Shown here: positions 27,674 to 38,211 of the stretch, piece after piece
How positions within the stretch are numbered: the first letter of the stretch is position 1
How the letters are laid out: every line of letters begins with the position of its first letter
The notes under the pieces: generated by a model
The model's input: the letters and a program-made list of their open reading frames with translations, nothing else
Told to the model about the DNA's origin: nothing
The model's database searches: none
Translations under genes and position numbers: made by a program
NCBI GenBank assembly: GCA_041946805.1
Contig: JBHGBC010000017.1
Location: forward strand, 1 to 54,913
Source: a bacterium
Lineage (GTDB): Bacteria; Hinthialibacterota; Hinthialibacteria; Hinthialibacterales; Hinthialibacteraceae
Direction of reading: 5' to 3'
DNA length: 54,913 bases

Positions 27674-28423
27674 ATGTTGCTGGATGTCGCGTTGACGTGG
27701 AAGGAATTGCCGGACCGGGACTTGTCCAACGCCGTGGTGGTGGCCGCGGATGTGCTGCGGGCCACCACGGTGATGACCGCCGCCCTGGCGAACGGGGCCG
27801 TGGCCATCCATCCCCAGGACAGCGATGAACACGCCCGGGCTTGCTATAACCGGCTGGCCGCGCGAGGCATCCCCGTTTTGATCTGCGGTGAAAAAGAGGG
27901 TTACAAGCGGCCGGGCTATGACCTGGGCAATTCGCCCCGGGAATTCACGTCCACCGCCGTGGCGGGCCAGACGCTGGTGCATCTGACCACCAACGGCACG
28001 CGGGCGCTGGTGGCGGCGTCGAAGGCGCGCGGCGTCCTCATCTTGTCGTTTCCCAACCTCACGGCGGTGACGAACGCGCTGCGGAACGTGGAGAGCGGCA
28101 TCGAGAGCATCGTGTTTACGGTTTCCGGCAAGGAAGGGCGCTTCTGCCTGGAGGATGCCGTGTGCCTGGGTGGCGTGATCGCGGGACTCTTGGAACCGCC
28201 GGGCCGCGGCTATGAAATCACCGATGCGGCCCGCGCGGCGGTGGATCTATATTACCTTTACAAGGACCAGCTGTTGAATATGGTCCAACAATGCGAGCAC
28301 GGACGTTATTTGCTACGAATCGGCCTCGGGGACGATCTGCCCGAATGCGTGAAAGTCGACAACACCCCCATCGTGCCGTTCATGCAAAATGGAATCATCC
28401 AGCCGCGGCAGGTAATCCAGTAA
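27674..28423 (+). CDS. comB: 2-phosphosulfolactate phosphatase family protein
   Basis: ADVLRATT, CGEKEG, DLGNSP, TTNGT, FCLEDAVC; GGAG RBS. Confidence 0.9.
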   Translation: MLLDVALTWKELPDRDLSNAVVVAADVLRATTVMTAALANGAVAIHPQDSDEHARACYNRLAARGIPVLICGEKEGYKRPGYDLGNSPREFTSTAVAGQTLVHLTTNGTRALVAASKARGVLILSFPNLTAVTNALRNVESGIESIVFTVSGKEGRFCLEDAVCLGGVIAGLLEPPGRGYEITDAARAAVDLYYLYKDQLLNMVQQCEHGRYLLRIGLGDDLPECVKVDNTPIVPFMQNGIIQPRQVIQ

Positions 28424-28426
28424 AAT

Positions 28427-28619
28427 GCAGGATCGGTTAGCGCGCAGCGCGTATTCCATCATCATCTGGGTTATCCTGACCATCCTGATTCAGACAGATT
28501 TCCCTCTCCCCCCGGGAGAGGGGCAGGGTGAGGGAAAGCCTTCTCGTTGTGATTCCACTTCCCGGATGACGTATATACCCTAAGATAATAGCCGGGATCC
28601 CCGCTTGCGCGGGGATGAG
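28427..28619. repeat. Composite REP-like element plus GGATCCCCGC..GCGGGGATG palindrome
   Basis: 28427-28541 matches 46502-46639 in module order. 28595-28619 is related to 11295-11320 and 50044-50070. Confidence 0.8.
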
Positions 28620-28708
28620 GTCTTTATGAGAGCCACGCGGGAAGGGGATTGTTTATTTCTTACAATCCCCTCGGTCAGGACCGGTGATTTCTCATTTGAG
28701 GAATAAGG

Positions 28709-29827
28709 TCAGGATCCGTCCGGCGGGGCCGGGGGCAATGTCCAAACCAGGCGCAGCATGTAGAACAGCACACCCAATCCCAGCACGAAGGCCGCCAGGA
28801 ACAAGAAGAAGCTGGTATCGCCCGGGCGCACCGCCAGGCTCCGCGGGGTGTAATATGTCTCCAACGAGATCATGCGCACCAGCTCCCGCCCCATGGCCAT
28901 GCCCGCCAGGGTGACCGCCGACAGCCCGACCGATCCCCACAAGAGTTTGGCGTTGTCCGGTTTCATCATGGCCATGGCGATGCACACCAGCGACAGGACG
29001 GCGGTCATGACCGAAATGCTCCAGCCCACGAAGAGGATGCCGTTCCCCATGAACGCCTTGATGCGGTCCATCCCCAGGGTGTAGAGGTAGATGCCCCCCA
29101 GGATCATGGCGAAAGCAGTGGCCATGGCGGACCAGTGCAGTCCGTTCTTCACCAGCCAGTGTCCGGCTTCCGCCCGAGCGGGATGGTGGACCACCTGGTA
29201 GCGCCCGATGGCGGCGCACCACAGGCCGGCCACCGCCACCGCGCCGAGCACGTTGTGCAGATACCGGGGCCAGAGGCGGGGATCAGGCGCGGCCGCGAAC
29301 CGCTCGCCTGTGAATATCGCTTTCCAGTAGTCCGGATTTTCGGTGAGGACGGCGTTGTTGGTGTAGATGAAGGCCACGGTGAAGAACATTCCCAGCGCCG
29401 CCAGGCTGACCAGTTTGGTCAGGAGCGTGGAAGGCGCGCCCTCGGAACGCTGGGCGATCAGCACGTAGATCAAGTAAAAGCCCACGATCACCAGACCCAC
29501 GATCAGCAGCCAGAAGCCGCCTATCATGATGTTGGCGGTGTAGAAGAAATTCCCGTACAACACCTGGACAAAGAGCAGGGGCGCGACGCCCATGGTGATG
29601 GCCATGGACAGCGCCACGGGCATCACCCGCACGAGGAGGGCGTTGGCCGCGCCGGCCTTGGGATTCTGGCCGAAGAACCATTCGTTGACGGTGACGATCA
29701 GCATGCCTCCCAGGATGTAATTCATGAAGATCAGGTGCAGCACGAACGTCAGGAGGGCCAGGAATTGAAAAACGATCACGGGCGTGGGGATGCCCAGGGG
29801 ATCGGCCGGTGGAATCAGTTCAGTCAT
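28709..29827 (-). CDS. Multi-pass membrane protein, CydA-like partner of the upstream cytochrome gene
   Basis: About nine TM segments; LTFVLHLIFMN, ITMGVAPLLFVQVLYG, WPRYLHNVLGA, MAMGRELVR. ATG 29827 with GGAG RBS; the ORF-track extension to 30079 overlaps the upstream gene. Confidence 0.7.
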   Translation of the reverse strand: MTELIPPADPLGIPTPVIVFQFLALLTFVLHLIFMNYILGGMLIVTVNEWFFGQNPKAGAANALLVRVMPVALSMAITMGVAPLLFVQVLYGNFFYTANIMIGGFWLLIVGLVIVGFYLIYVLIAQRSEGAPSTLLTKLVSLAALGMFFTVAFIYTNNAVLTENPDYWKAIFTGERFAAAPDPRLWPRYLHNVLGAVAVAGLWCAAIGRYQVVHHPARAEAGHWLVKNGLHWSAMATAFAMILGGIYLYTLGMDRIKAFMGNGILFVGWSISVMTAVLSLVCIAMAMMKPDNAKLLWGSVGLSAVTLAGMAMGRELVRMISLETYYTPRSLAVRPGDTSFFLFLAAFVLGLGVLFYMLRLVWTLPPAPPDGS

Positions 29828-29847
29828 GGATGCGTCTCCTTGTTCGG

Positions 29848-31185
29848 CTATCCGTTTGCCGTTGTCTTGCCGTTGGGCTGGGAATCCGTGTTCTCCTGGT
29901 GCAGGCTCAGCAGGTATTGCGTCAGGTCCTGCAGGTCCTTTTCCGGGCCGAGGAAGGGCGGCATGTAGTATTGCTCGACATGCAGATTCTCGAGCGCGTG
30001 CCGGATCGATCCTTCCGGCCAATCCTTGATCAGGGGCTTGATGCCGTTGAATCCATCCAGGGTATGGCAGCGCAGGCATTGGGCCCGGTAGAGGGCCTCG
30101 CCCCGCTGTCCGGGTGTCAGTCCGGCCACGTCGGTTCCGCCCGCGGCGAGGGCCGTCCAGGGCGCCCAGGCGAGCACGCCTTCCTGGTTCAGCGTATCCC
30201 GGTCGCTCACCCGGATGGCGTTGGAATACATGTATTCATGAATGATGAACGGTTTGCGGATGCCCTCGCGCACGAATTCCATGGATCCCGTGGCGATGAA
30301 GGCGATCAGGCCCAGCAGGATCGAGGTCTCCAAGTTGATATAACGCTGCCGGAGAATCAGGCCGAAATAGGCGTAGATTCCCACCAGCGTGGATGTGACC
30401 ACGCCGAACAGGAGGAAGAGCGTCATGGCGATGGCTTTCCCCGTGACCAGTTGCAGGGCTTCGTGCGGCGCCCGCGCGAAAAACCAGACGGAAACGGGCA
30501 GCATCAGCGCCAAGGGGACCATCCACCGGGCCCCCTCCATGATCACCTGGTGGCGCTCCTCACGCGTGTATCCCGGGGCGAAATTCACCGCCGCCATGAC
30601 GAAAATCGCCGCCAGCGAGGTGCAACTGATGGTCCGCAGGATCAGCGACGGCCAATAGGTGGGATTGAAGAAGCCGTCCCAAAAGGATTGGGTCTGCAGC
30701 CACGCGCCCGGCGATAGCATGAAGGCCAGGATTCCGTTGATGATCACCAGGCTCATATAGGCCGCGATGGCGTAGATCCAACCGATGATCACGTGCCGGC
30801 GGGGGTCCAGCCGGTCCCAGGTGTAGTAGTAAATGTACCCCGCGATGATTTCCAGGATGAAGAACACCCATTCCGTCGCCCATCCCCAAACGAACAGGTG
30901 GATCAGGGTCGAGGTCGCCTCGGGACTCACCAGGGAGATGGAGAACCAGATGCCCACGCCGGTCAACGCGCCGAACACGAACGACACGAGAATCAAGTAA
31001 CGGAAGAAATCGCGCAAGAACCGGAGCAGCAACGGCTGATGGTTCCAGACCGCCTTGGTTTCAGTTACCGCGGCGAATAGGCCCGCGCCCACGGCGAAGT
31101 GGGCGACCGTTACGTGGACGATGGCGATGATGGCGATCACCATCCCGCCGCCCAAAACGGGTACCTCCCAAATCGGATATTGCAT
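29848..31185 (-). CDS. Cytochrome bd oxidase subunit I-like protein fused to a c-type cytochrome
   Basis: HVTVAHFAVG, GALTGVGIWF, WGWATEWVFFILE, IINGILAFML.PG.W, MEFVREGIRKPF; C-terminal CLRCH and MPPF. Start 31185 with AAGGAG RBS. Confidence 0.85.
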   Translation of the reverse strand: MQYPIWEVPVLGGGMVIAIIAIVHVTVAHFAVGAGLFAAVTETKAVWNHQPLLLRFLRDFFRYLILVSFVFGALTGVGIWFSISLVSPEATSTLIHLFVWGWATEWVFFILEIIAGYIYYYTWDRLDPRRHVIIGWIYAIAAYMSLVIINGILAFMLSPGAWLQTQSFWDGFFNPTYWPSLILRTISCTSLAAIFVMAAVNFAPGYTREERHQVIMEGARWMVPLALMLPVSVWFFARAPHEALQLVTGKAIAMTLFLLFGVVTSTLVGIYAYFGLILRQRYINLETSILLGLIAFIATGSMEFVREGIRKPFIIHEYMYSNAIRVSDRDTLNQEGVLAWAPWTALAAGGTDVAGLTPGQRGEALYRAQCLRCHTLDGFNGIKPLIKDWPEGSIRHALENLHVEQYYMPPFLGPEKDLQDLTQYLLSLHQENTDSQPNGKTTANG

Positions 31186-31350
31186 TCCGCTCTCCTTTCG
31201 GTCATGTATATTGAAATATCGCGGATACGGACGCAATGGATAAAAGTATAGTTTATCCGCCGCCTAGGATAAGAGGTGGGGACATCTAGCCGCTTTTTAT
31301 TCCTCCCCCGTTGTCCGGGCAATGCTGGGAAGGCGTGCGAACGCCGTTTG

Positions 31351-31708
31351 AGTTGGCGCGGCAGCGCATAACCCATCAAAATCCACCACTTTTCACTTCG
31401 GCTCCCTCTCCCCCCGGGAGAGGGCCGGGGTGAGGGAAAACATGCCATATCGCCAATTCCCGCCGATTTCACCCCAATATCCTTCGCTCACACATGCAGG
31501 GGCACGTCGCAATGTGTCCCTCCTATAAGAAGGTCACCTATATTGCCTTGCTCCACCCTCTTTTTTTCATTCCTCGCCTAAAGTTCGGGGGAGGTGGTGA
31601 GGGAGGTGAAAATATCGGATCATTCGATCCCCGCGAAACCCATCAACATCCTGGGCATCCCGGGCATCTTGGTCATCTTGTCCATCCTGGACATCCTGAT
31701 TCTGATAG
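31351..31708. repeat. REP-like cluster and 9-bp tandem array
   Basis: GCGCGGCAGCGCATAACCCATCAAA, CTCCCTCTCCCCCCGGGAGAGGGCCGGGGTGAGGG (31402-31436), GCAGGGGCACG..TGTGTCCCT (~31496-31520), and six CATCYYGNN units (~31647-31700). Confidence 0.75.
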
Positions 31709-31743
31709 TTTACTCCTCACCCTCCGCGCCCCGGCGGTGCGTT

Positions 31744-33264
31744 TCACAATCCCCCATTCCCCACCGGCTCCATCCGGCCACTCCCCAGCCGGGCCTGTTC
31801 GGGAATCCGGTCCAGGCTGAAATCCTTGAAGGCCGATTCGAGAGACATTTCATCCCGCGCCAGGCGCAGCAACTCATCCGTCAATTCCGGTCCGAACCAG
31901 GAGAGGATGGCCTCGGCGCGCGCTTCCTTGACATTCACGGGAGGCACTTTCAAGTTGCCGCGGAACGCCAGATGCTTCCGGATTACCCGGGAGGCCTTCT
32001 TGACCGCTTTGGGATCCCACAATTCTTCACAAGCCCAGGGCGTGGCGGGCTTGGGGACGAAGGGTGAAAGGGCCACGATGATCTTGCCTCCACCGTTGCC
32101 GCTGAAGACTTCCCTCATTTTGCGGCTGAATTCGATGATCTCGGCCGCCTCGTCCATGGGGTCGGCTCCGGGCGTACCGAGCAGGAAATAGAGCTTCAAA
32201 CTGGGGAACTGGCGTTTCCCGGCCCATTCGGCCAGACGGAGATACTTGTCGTCCCGTACACCTTTTTTCATGTCCCGGCGGCGGTCGACGTCTCCCGCTT
32301 CGGGCGCGACGGTGATATTGTGCTGCCCCCCCTCGCGCAGCAGGTCCAAAAACCGCTCGGTCAGCCGCTCCGCCCGCAGGGACGAGGTGGAGACCTGCTT
32401 GCCGCGCCGCACCAGCCACTCGGTTATATCCTCCACCCGGGGATGGTCGGCCACCGCCGCCCCGAGCAGGCCCACTTTTTCGTACTGGATCCGGTACCGG
32501 TCCAAAATGCCGATTAACCGGTCATAATTCCGGTACCGCGCCGTGCCGTTCATGTAATGGACGATGCAGAACTTGCACTGATATTTGCAGCCGCGGGACA
32601 TCTCCAATAGAAACGCTCCGCCGAACTCGTCTTCGGCCGTCCGGATGACCGAATGGCAAGGGTAGAGATCGATCGGCTCGAGGGTATGTTGAGGAAAACG
32701 ATGGCGGTCGAACTCGCCATGGACCCGCGGCACATACACATGCGGCAGTTCCGCCAGGGCTTCCAGGACGTGGGAACGGGATTCACCCTTGGTTTGGATC
32801 ATCGTTCGCGACAGGGCTTCGATCACCTGCTCGCCTTCGCCCAGCACGATGACATCGGCGATGCGCTCCAGCAACCGGGGATTGGCGGTGGCCGCCTGCC
32901 CGCCCAGGATCAGCCAGGGCGATTCGGGTCCCCGTTGGTCCGCGAGCGGCTCGACGCCCCCCCGGATCAACATTTTCAGCAGATGGAGGATATCCAGTTC
33001 ATAGGTATACGAACCCGCCAGGAGGGGAAACCGGAAAAGCGGGACGCGGTTTTCCAGGCTGACCGTCTCCCGGCCCATGGGATCCAGAAAAACGCGTTCG
33101 ACGGCCCAGCCGGATTCGCGGAACAGCCGGTACACCTGTTGATAGCCCAGGCTGGCCATCCCCACGGTATACACGTTCGGATAGATCAGCCCGGCCGGCC
33201 CGTGGGGCGTTTCGGGAAAGGATTGCAGGTGTTTTTCCAGGGAAAGCAGTTCCCGAATATTCAT
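31744..33264 (-). CDS. Radical SAM protein with degenerate B12-binding-like N-terminal domain
   Basis: YPNVYTVGMASLGYQ, ANP, GEGE, EMSRGCKYQCKFC (CxxxCxxC), SSLRAE, VAPEAG, LKLYFLLGTP, PFVPKPATP. Confidence 0.9.
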   Translation of the reverse strand: MNIRELLSLEKHLQSFPETPHGPAGLIYPNVYTVGMASLGYQQVYRLFRESGWAVERVFLDPMGRETVSLENRVPLFRFPLLAGSYTYELDILHLLKMLIRGGVEPLADQRGPESPWLILGGQAATANPRLLERIADVIVLGEGEQVIEALSRTMIQTKGESRSHVLEALAELPHVYVPRVHGEFDRHRFPQHTLEPIDLYPCHSVIRTAEDEFGGAFLLEMSRGCKYQCKFCIVHYMNGTARYRNYDRLIGILDRYRIQYEKVGLLGAAVADHPRVEDITEWLVRRGKQVSTSSLRAERLTERFLDLLREGGQHNITVAPEAGDVDRRRDMKKGVRDDKYLRLAEWAGKRQFPSLKLYFLLGTPGADPMDEAAEIIEFSRKMREVFSGNGGGKIIVALSPFVPKPATPWACEELWDPKAVKKASRVIRKHLAFRGNLKVPPVNVKEARAEAILSWFGPELTDELLRLARDEMSLESAFKDFSLDRIPEQARLGSGRMEPVGNGGL

Positions 33265-33464
33265 GCACGTGTCCACTTGATTTGAATCGCTTTGGGATAG
33301 TCATGCCGGATGCGGGCGCGCGCCCGGCTTGCCTGGCAGCGTGGAATGATCGGTCAGTGTAATTGTATACCATTTTTATCAATCATAAATGGAAAGAGGA
33401 GGGAGACGCTCCCGCGGTACGATTTCATGGATGAATAGACCCGAATTTCATGTTATTGTGACGG

Positions 33465-33493
33465 TTGACACCCGCCGGATAGCTATTTAAGAT
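33465..33493 (+). promoter_or_regulatory. Sigma70-type promoter of the atp operon
   Basis: TTGACA (33465-33470), 17-nt spacer, TAAGAT (33488-33493), about 60 nt before the first atp gene. Confidence 0.7.
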
Positions 33494-33555
33494 TCCCTGC
33501 GTGGCGGTCATGCCGTGTTTCCCAGGATGGCCGAGGGTCCACAAGAGGCAATCGG

Positions 33556-33816
33556 GTGGACGGTTTGGATAAAAAAAACTCCAGGGAATCCGATTATAAG
33601 TGGGTTCGCATCGCCGGACCGTGCCTGTTCATCCCGACGTTTTTGGCGCTCTATCCGGTCGTGTTTTTTTATATCGGCCACTGGCTGGATGGAAAACTGG
33701 GCACCACGTGGCTGAAGGCTGTTTTCTTGTTCTTGGGCATTATATCCGCTTTTCGGCAAACCTATTTTGTCATACGGGATTTAATCAAGGCGTTGGAGAA
33801 GCACCGTGATTCCTGA
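33556..33816 (+). CDS. AtpZ/AtpI-family small membrane protein
   Basis: Two TM segments with GHWLDGKLGT..W motif; first gene of the atp operon. Confidence 0.8.
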   Translation: MDGLDKKNSRESDYKWVRIAGPCLFIPTFLALYPVVFFYIGHWLDGKLGTTWLKAVFLFLGIISAFRQTYFVIRDLIKALEKHRDS

Positions 33817-34192
33817 AGATCTGGCGCGGTTGATGAAATGGTCGTATGTATTGATCGCGTTGACCGCCGTGCTTCTCTGGCTCGGGTGGGACCGGGGTCA
33901 CGCGTTGGGGTGGCTGTTTGGCGGAGTCTGGTCGGCCACCAATATATGGATTTTGAAAAGCCTGGTGGCCGAGATCTGCGGGCCGCGCCGCCCGGGTTTC
34001 CTCATGGTGTTGGTGCTGGTCAAACTGCCGATCCTGTACGGGACCGCCGCGATCGTGCTGCAGCAGGTGCCGATGTCGCTCGGAGCCGGCTTGCTGGGTT
34101 TTCATATTCCCTTTTTGCTGATCCTGATCGAGGCCGTGCGGCGGGACCGCCGTCCGGCCAAGCCCGCCGGCGCGCCCCCGGCCGGGGAATGA
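33806..34192 (+). CDS. atpI: ATP synthase protein I
   Basis: Four-TM 128-aa protein immediately upstream of atpB. Confidence 0.7.
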   Translation: MIPEDLARLMKWSYVLIALTAVLLWLGWDRGHALGWLFGGVWSATNIWILKSLVAEICGPRRPGFLMVLVLVKLPILYGTAAIVLQQVPMSLGAGLLGFHIPFLLILIEAVRRDRRPAKPAGAPPAGE

Positions 34193-34219
34193 CCGCGAAT
34201 TGAATAGGATGGAAAACGC

Positions 34220-35122
34220 ATGGTAATGGAAATGGCGTTCCGGATGGTCTTGATGCTCCAGGCGTCCGTGGCGAACGGCGGAGAGGCGGCCGCCCATGCC
34301 GCGGAGAGCAAACACGCCACCATCCCCGAACTTCCGAATTTCATTCATGTGCTTCATGTGTACTTTCCGGACAATGCCTTCGTCAACTGGCTGCGCTATT
34401 TCGAAAACCAGGTTTTCATCGTGCTGATCATGGCCGCGCTGGCCCTCTTCCTGTCGATGGCCACCCGCAGACGCACCCTCGTCCCGTACCGGTTGCAAGC
34501 GTTTTTGGAAATCGTTCTGGAACGGTTGTACCGGCTGGTGTGCGGGATTTTGGGCGAAAAAGAAGGCCGCCGCTATTTTCCCTTCGTGGGATCGTTGTTC
34601 TTTTTCATCTTCTCCATGAACTGGGCAGGGCTCGTCCCCCTCATGAAGTCCCCGACATCCAGCCTGATGGTCACCGGGGCGCTGGCGGTCACGGTGTTCC
34701 TGTACGTGCAATACACGGCCCTCACCCGCCAAGGCCCCAAAAAATACCTGTATCACATGATGGGCGAGCCCCAGGACGCGGTGGGATACGGCGTGGCGGT
34801 ATTGCTCTTGCCGTTGCATATCATGGAAGAGTTCATCAAGCCCCTCAGCCTGGCATGCCGTCTCTATGGCAACATCTTCGGCGAGGACCTGTTGCTGGGG
34901 ATCGGGTTGATGCTGGGAGTCCAGATGGCGATGGCCGTCATCCCCATGACGCCCATCGGGGTGCCGCTGCAATTGCCGTTCGTGCTGCTGTCCATGCTGA
35001 TGGGGACGATCCAAGCCTTGGTCTTTACCCTCCTGGCGACCGTTTATATATTGTTGGTTTTGCCGCACGACGAGCATGAGGTCCAGCACGGGCCCGGTGG
35101 AGCCGGGGGGGGAGCGCATTGA
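34220..35122 (+). CDS. atpB: ATP synthase Fo subunit a
   Basis: VPYRLQAFLE, MNWAGLVP, KPLSLACRLYGNIFG (essential Arg), IQALVFTLLATVYI; start uncertain. Confidence 0.95.
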   Translation: MVMEMAFRMVLMLQASVANGGEAAAHAAESKHATIPELPNFIHVLHVYFPDNAFVNWLRYFENQVFIVLIMAALALFLSMATRRRTLVPYRLQAFLEIVLERLYRLVCGILGEKEGRRYFPFVGSLFFFIFSMNWAGLVPLMKSPTSSLMVTGALAVTVFLYVQYTALTRQGPKKYLYHMMGEPQDAVGYGVAVLLLPLHIMEEFIKPLSLACRLYGNIFGEDLLLGIGLMLGVQMAMAVIPMTPIGVPLQLPFVLLSMLMGTIQALVFTLLATVYILLVLPHDEHEVQHGPGGAGGGAH

Positions 35123-35206
35123 CGCGGACCCGGGGAATCCCAGGTAAATATTGATCGTAGCGTAAACACAATCCGATCGTTGGAAACGAAATCCTAGGAG
35201 GATAGA

Positions 35207-35452
35207 ATGGAAAACCAACTCGCCACCTTTTTGACCACCCAGGGAGCGTATCACTTCGGGATCGGCATGGCCGCCATCGGTTCGGGCATCGGACTGGGCC
35301 TGGCGGTGAGCAAGGCCATGGAATCGATGGCCCGCCAGCCGGAGTCGGCCGCGCAGATCCAGACGGGCATGATCATCGGCGCCGCGTTTATCGAGGCGTT
35401 GACGATTTACGCCCTGATTTCCAACTTCCTGGCCGCCATCGCGGGTTTCTGA
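35207..35452 (+). CDS. atpE: ATP synthase Fo subunit c
   Basis: GSGIGLG, ARQPE loop, FIEALTIYAL; AGGAGG RBS. Confidence 0.97.
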   Translation: MENQLATFLTTQGAYHFGIGMAAIGSGIGLGLAVSKAMESMARQPESAAQIQTGMIIGAAFIEALTIYALISNFLAAIAGF

Positions 35453-35502
35453 TCCGCCGGACCGGGCTCAATCACCGAGTCAGCATGTAAGGAGTTGGTA
35501 TC

Positions 35503-36048
35503 GTGGACCTCGCCAGTCTTCATTTCCTCATTGGGCAGACGGTCCTGGCGGCGGAAGGGGCCGAGCAAGCCCCCGCGTACGTTCAGGTCCTCACCCATAT
35601 CGTATGCTTCCTCATCGTCTTTTGGATCCTCAAGCGCTTCGCCTTCGGGCCCATCCTGGAAGTGATCGATGAGCGGCGCAACCGCATCGCGGCCGATCTC
35701 CAGCAGGCGGAAGAACTCCGGAAAAAGGCCGATGCCGATCACAAGGCCCTGGAGGAGCGCCTGAGCCATATCGAGGAGGAGGCCCGCGCGCGCATGCAGG
35801 AGTTGATCGCCGAAGGCCGGCGCGTGGCCGAGGCGATTCAGGAAGCCGCCCGGCGCGACGCGGGGGAGATGATCCAGAAGGCCCAAAAGAACATCGAATA
35901 CGAAACCGAGAAGGCCCGCGAGATCCTGAAGAAGGATGTCATCAACCTGACCCTCGAGGCGACGGAACACCTGCTCAAGGAGCAGCTGGACGACGCGAAG
36001 CACCGGCAACTAATCGGTGATTTCCTCACCCGGCTGGAAAGGAACTGA
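35503..36048 (+). CDS. atpF: ATP synthase Fo subunit b
   Basis: FLIVFWILKRFAFGPILEVIDERR followed by coiled coil. Confidence 0.95.
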   Translation: MDLASLHFLIGQTVLAAEGAEQAPAYVQVLTHIVCFLIVFWILKRFAFGPILEVIDERRNRIAADLQQAEELRKKADADHKALEERLSHIEEEARARMQELIAEGRRVAEAIQEAARRDAGEMIQKAQKNIEYETEKAREILKKDVINLTLEATEHLLKEQLDDAKHRQLIGDFLTRLERN

Positions 36049-36050
36049 CC

Positions 36051-36608
36051 GTGCAGCAAGACCCGGTAATCGCGTCGAACTACGCGCGGGCGCTTCTCCA
36101 TGGGGTGAAAAAGAGCGGCGCCGCGCTGCCGGCCGCCCGGGAAGAGGCGTTGCAACTCCTGCGCCTGCTCGAAGCGGAACCCAAGCTCCACCATTTCCTG
36201 GTGGGACCCCAGTTCCGCGAGGAAGACAAGCAGGCGCTGGTGCAAAAAGTCTTCGAGCCGCGGCTGTCCAGGGAACTGTTCCAGTTCGTGTGCCTGGTGT
36301 TGCGCAAGGACCGGATCGAATTTCTGCCCGAGATGCTGCGGAAATTCGCGGACCTGTGCGAGCTGGAGGAGCACATCACCCCGGGCCGGGTTACCACGCC
36401 GGTGCCGCTGTCCGAGGACGAAAAAAAGACGCTCCAAACCCGGCTGGAAGCCTTTTGCCGGCTGCGCTTCGATCTCGAGTTCCGGGTGGATCCCAGCCTG
36501 ATCGGCGGCCTCCGGGTGCAGTACAAGGACATTCTGATCGATTCGACCCTGCGGACGTACCTGAACGAAATGCGCCAACGGCTGTTGGCCACACGGCTCG
36601 CCTCGTAG
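36051..36608 (+). CDS. atpH: ATP synthase F1 subunit delta
   Basis: [26 protein letters not shown]. Confidence 0.93.
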   Translation: MQQDPVIASNYARALLHGVKKSGAALPAAREEALQLLRLLEAEPKLHHFLVGPQFREEDKQALVQKVFEPRLSRELFQFVCLVLRKDRIEFLPEMLRKFADLCELEEHITPGRVTTPVPLSEDEKKTLQTRLEAFCRLRFDLEFRVDPSLIGGLRVQYKDILIDSTLRTYLNEMRQRLLATRLAS

Positions 36609-36648
36609 CGGGTTCCGTCACCGCGTGGAGCAAGAGGAACAAAAAACG

Positions 36649-38175
36649 ATGGCCTTACGACCGGAAGAAATCACGTCTGTCTTGGAGCGCGAGCTGGCCT
36701 CCTACGAAACCGGACTCAAGATGGACGCCGTCGGCACCATTTTGAAGATCGGCGACGGCATCGCCACCATCCATGGCCTGGACGAAGCCATGGCGGGCGA
36801 GCTGCTCGAGTTTCCGGGCGGCCGGATGGGCATGGTCCTCAACCTGGAAGAGAACACTGTGGGGGCCGCCCTGCTCAGTTCGGACCGCACCATCAAGGAG
36901 GGCGACCTGGTCAAGCGGACCGGCCGCATCGCCTCGGTTCCCGTCGGGGAACCCTTGCTGGGCCGGGTGGTGAATCCCATCGGCGAGCCCCTGGACGGGA
37001 AAGGTCCGATCGTGACCCAGGAATACCGGAACCTGGAAAGTCCGGCCCCCGGGGTCATCGACCGGCAGCCCGTGAAAGAGCCCTTGATGACCGGGCTGAA
37101 GGCCATCGACTCGATGATTCCCATCGGGCGGGGCCAGCGCGAGCTGATCATCGGCGACCGGGGCACGGGCAAGACGGCCATCGCCATCGACACGATCATC
37201 AACCAGCGCGGACAGGGCGTGTACTGCGTGTACGTGGCAGTGGGCCAGAAGGCGTCCAGCGTCGCCGCCATCGTGGACATCCTGCGCCAAAACGGAGCGC
37301 TGGAATACACGACCGTGGTCTCCGCCACGGCCGAACAGCCCGCCACGCAGCAATACATCGCGCCCTACGCGGGCTGCGCCATGGGCGAGTACTTTCTGTA
37401 CAACGGCCGGCACGCCCTCGTGGTCTACGACGACCTCTCCAAGCACGCCGCCGCCTACCGCCAGCTTTCGTTGCTCCTGCGCCGTCCGCCGGGACGCGAG
37501 GCCTATCCCGGGGACGTCTTCTACCTGCACAGCCGCCTCCTGGAACGGGCGGCGAAATTGAGCGAGGTCAACCGGGGCGGTTCCCTGACGGCTCTGCCCA
37601 TCATCGAAACCCAGATGGGCGATGTCTCGGCCTACATTCCCACCAACGTGATTTCCATCACCGACGGGCAGATCTACCTGGAGCCGGACCTGTTCTACGC
37701 GGGCATCAAGCCGGCCATCAACGTGGGGTTGTCGGTCTCCCGCGTCGGGGGCCACGCGCAAACCAAGGCCATGAAGACGGTCGCCGGCCGCCTGCGCCTC
37801 GATCTGGCCCAGTACCGCGAACTGGCCGCCTTCGCCCAGTTCGGCTCGGACCTTGACAAGGCCACCCAGGCGCAGCTCACGCGCGGCGAGCGCATGACCG
37901 AGATCCTGAAGCAGGACCAATATCAGCCAAAACCCCTGGAAGAGCAGGTGCTGATCATCTTCGCCGGCGGCCAGGGATTCCTTGACGACCTGCCCCTGCA
38001 CCAGGTCCGGGCATTCGAGATGGAACTGGTGGTTTACATGAAGGAAAAATACGGGGAGGCCTTGCACGCCATCCAGACCGAACGGGTGCTTTCCGACACT
38101 GTGCAGCAAAAACTGCGGGAAGGGATCAAGAAGTTCAAGGAGTTGTACGTGGAACGCCGCAAAGCGGCCGTGTAA
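36649..38175 (+). CDS. atpA: ATP synthase F1 subunit alpha
   Basis: [46 protein letters not shown]. Confidence 0.99.
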   Translation: MALRPEEITSVLERELASYETGLKMDAVGTILKIGDGIATIHGLDEAMAGELLEFPGGRMGMVLNLEENTVGAALLSSDRTIKEGDLVKRTGRIASVPVGEPLLGRVVNPIGEPLDGKGPIVTQEYRNLESPAPGVIDRQPVKEPLMTGLKAIDSMIPIGRGQRELIIGDRGTGKTAIAIDTIINQRGQGVYCVYVAVGQKASSVAAIVDILRQNGALEYTTVVSATAEQPATQQYIAPYAGCAMGEYFLYNGRHALVVYDDLSKHAAAYRQLSLLLRRPPGREAYPGDVFYLHSRLLERAAKLSEVNRGGSLTALPIIETQMGDVSAYIPTNVISITDGQIYLEPDLFYAGIKPAINVGLSVSRVGGHAQTKAMKTVAGRLRLDLAQYRELAAFAQFGSDLDKATQAQLTRGERMTEILKQDQYQPKPLEEQVLIIFAGGQGFLDDLPLHQVRAFEMELVVYMKEKYGEALHAIQTERVLSDTVQQKLREGIKKFKELYVERRKAAV

Positions 38176-38211
38176 GCGGGGCCGCCGCGAGGGAACGGGT
38201 AAGGAGCCGCG

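Noticed and set aside
27674..28423. Coenzyme M biosynthesis cluster
   Set aside because: Only comB is present; solitary comB homologues are widespread in bacteria.
31639..31708. Repeat arrays as possible CRISPR
   Set aside because: 9-bp degenerate period with no unique spacers and no cas genes; the other repeats are dispersed palindromes.
35207..35452. Na+-coupled or N-type ATPase
   Set aside because: Subunit c lacks the Gln and Glu-Ser/Thr Na+ ligands, and gene order is the standard I-B-E-F-H-A-G-D-C with a separate delta.
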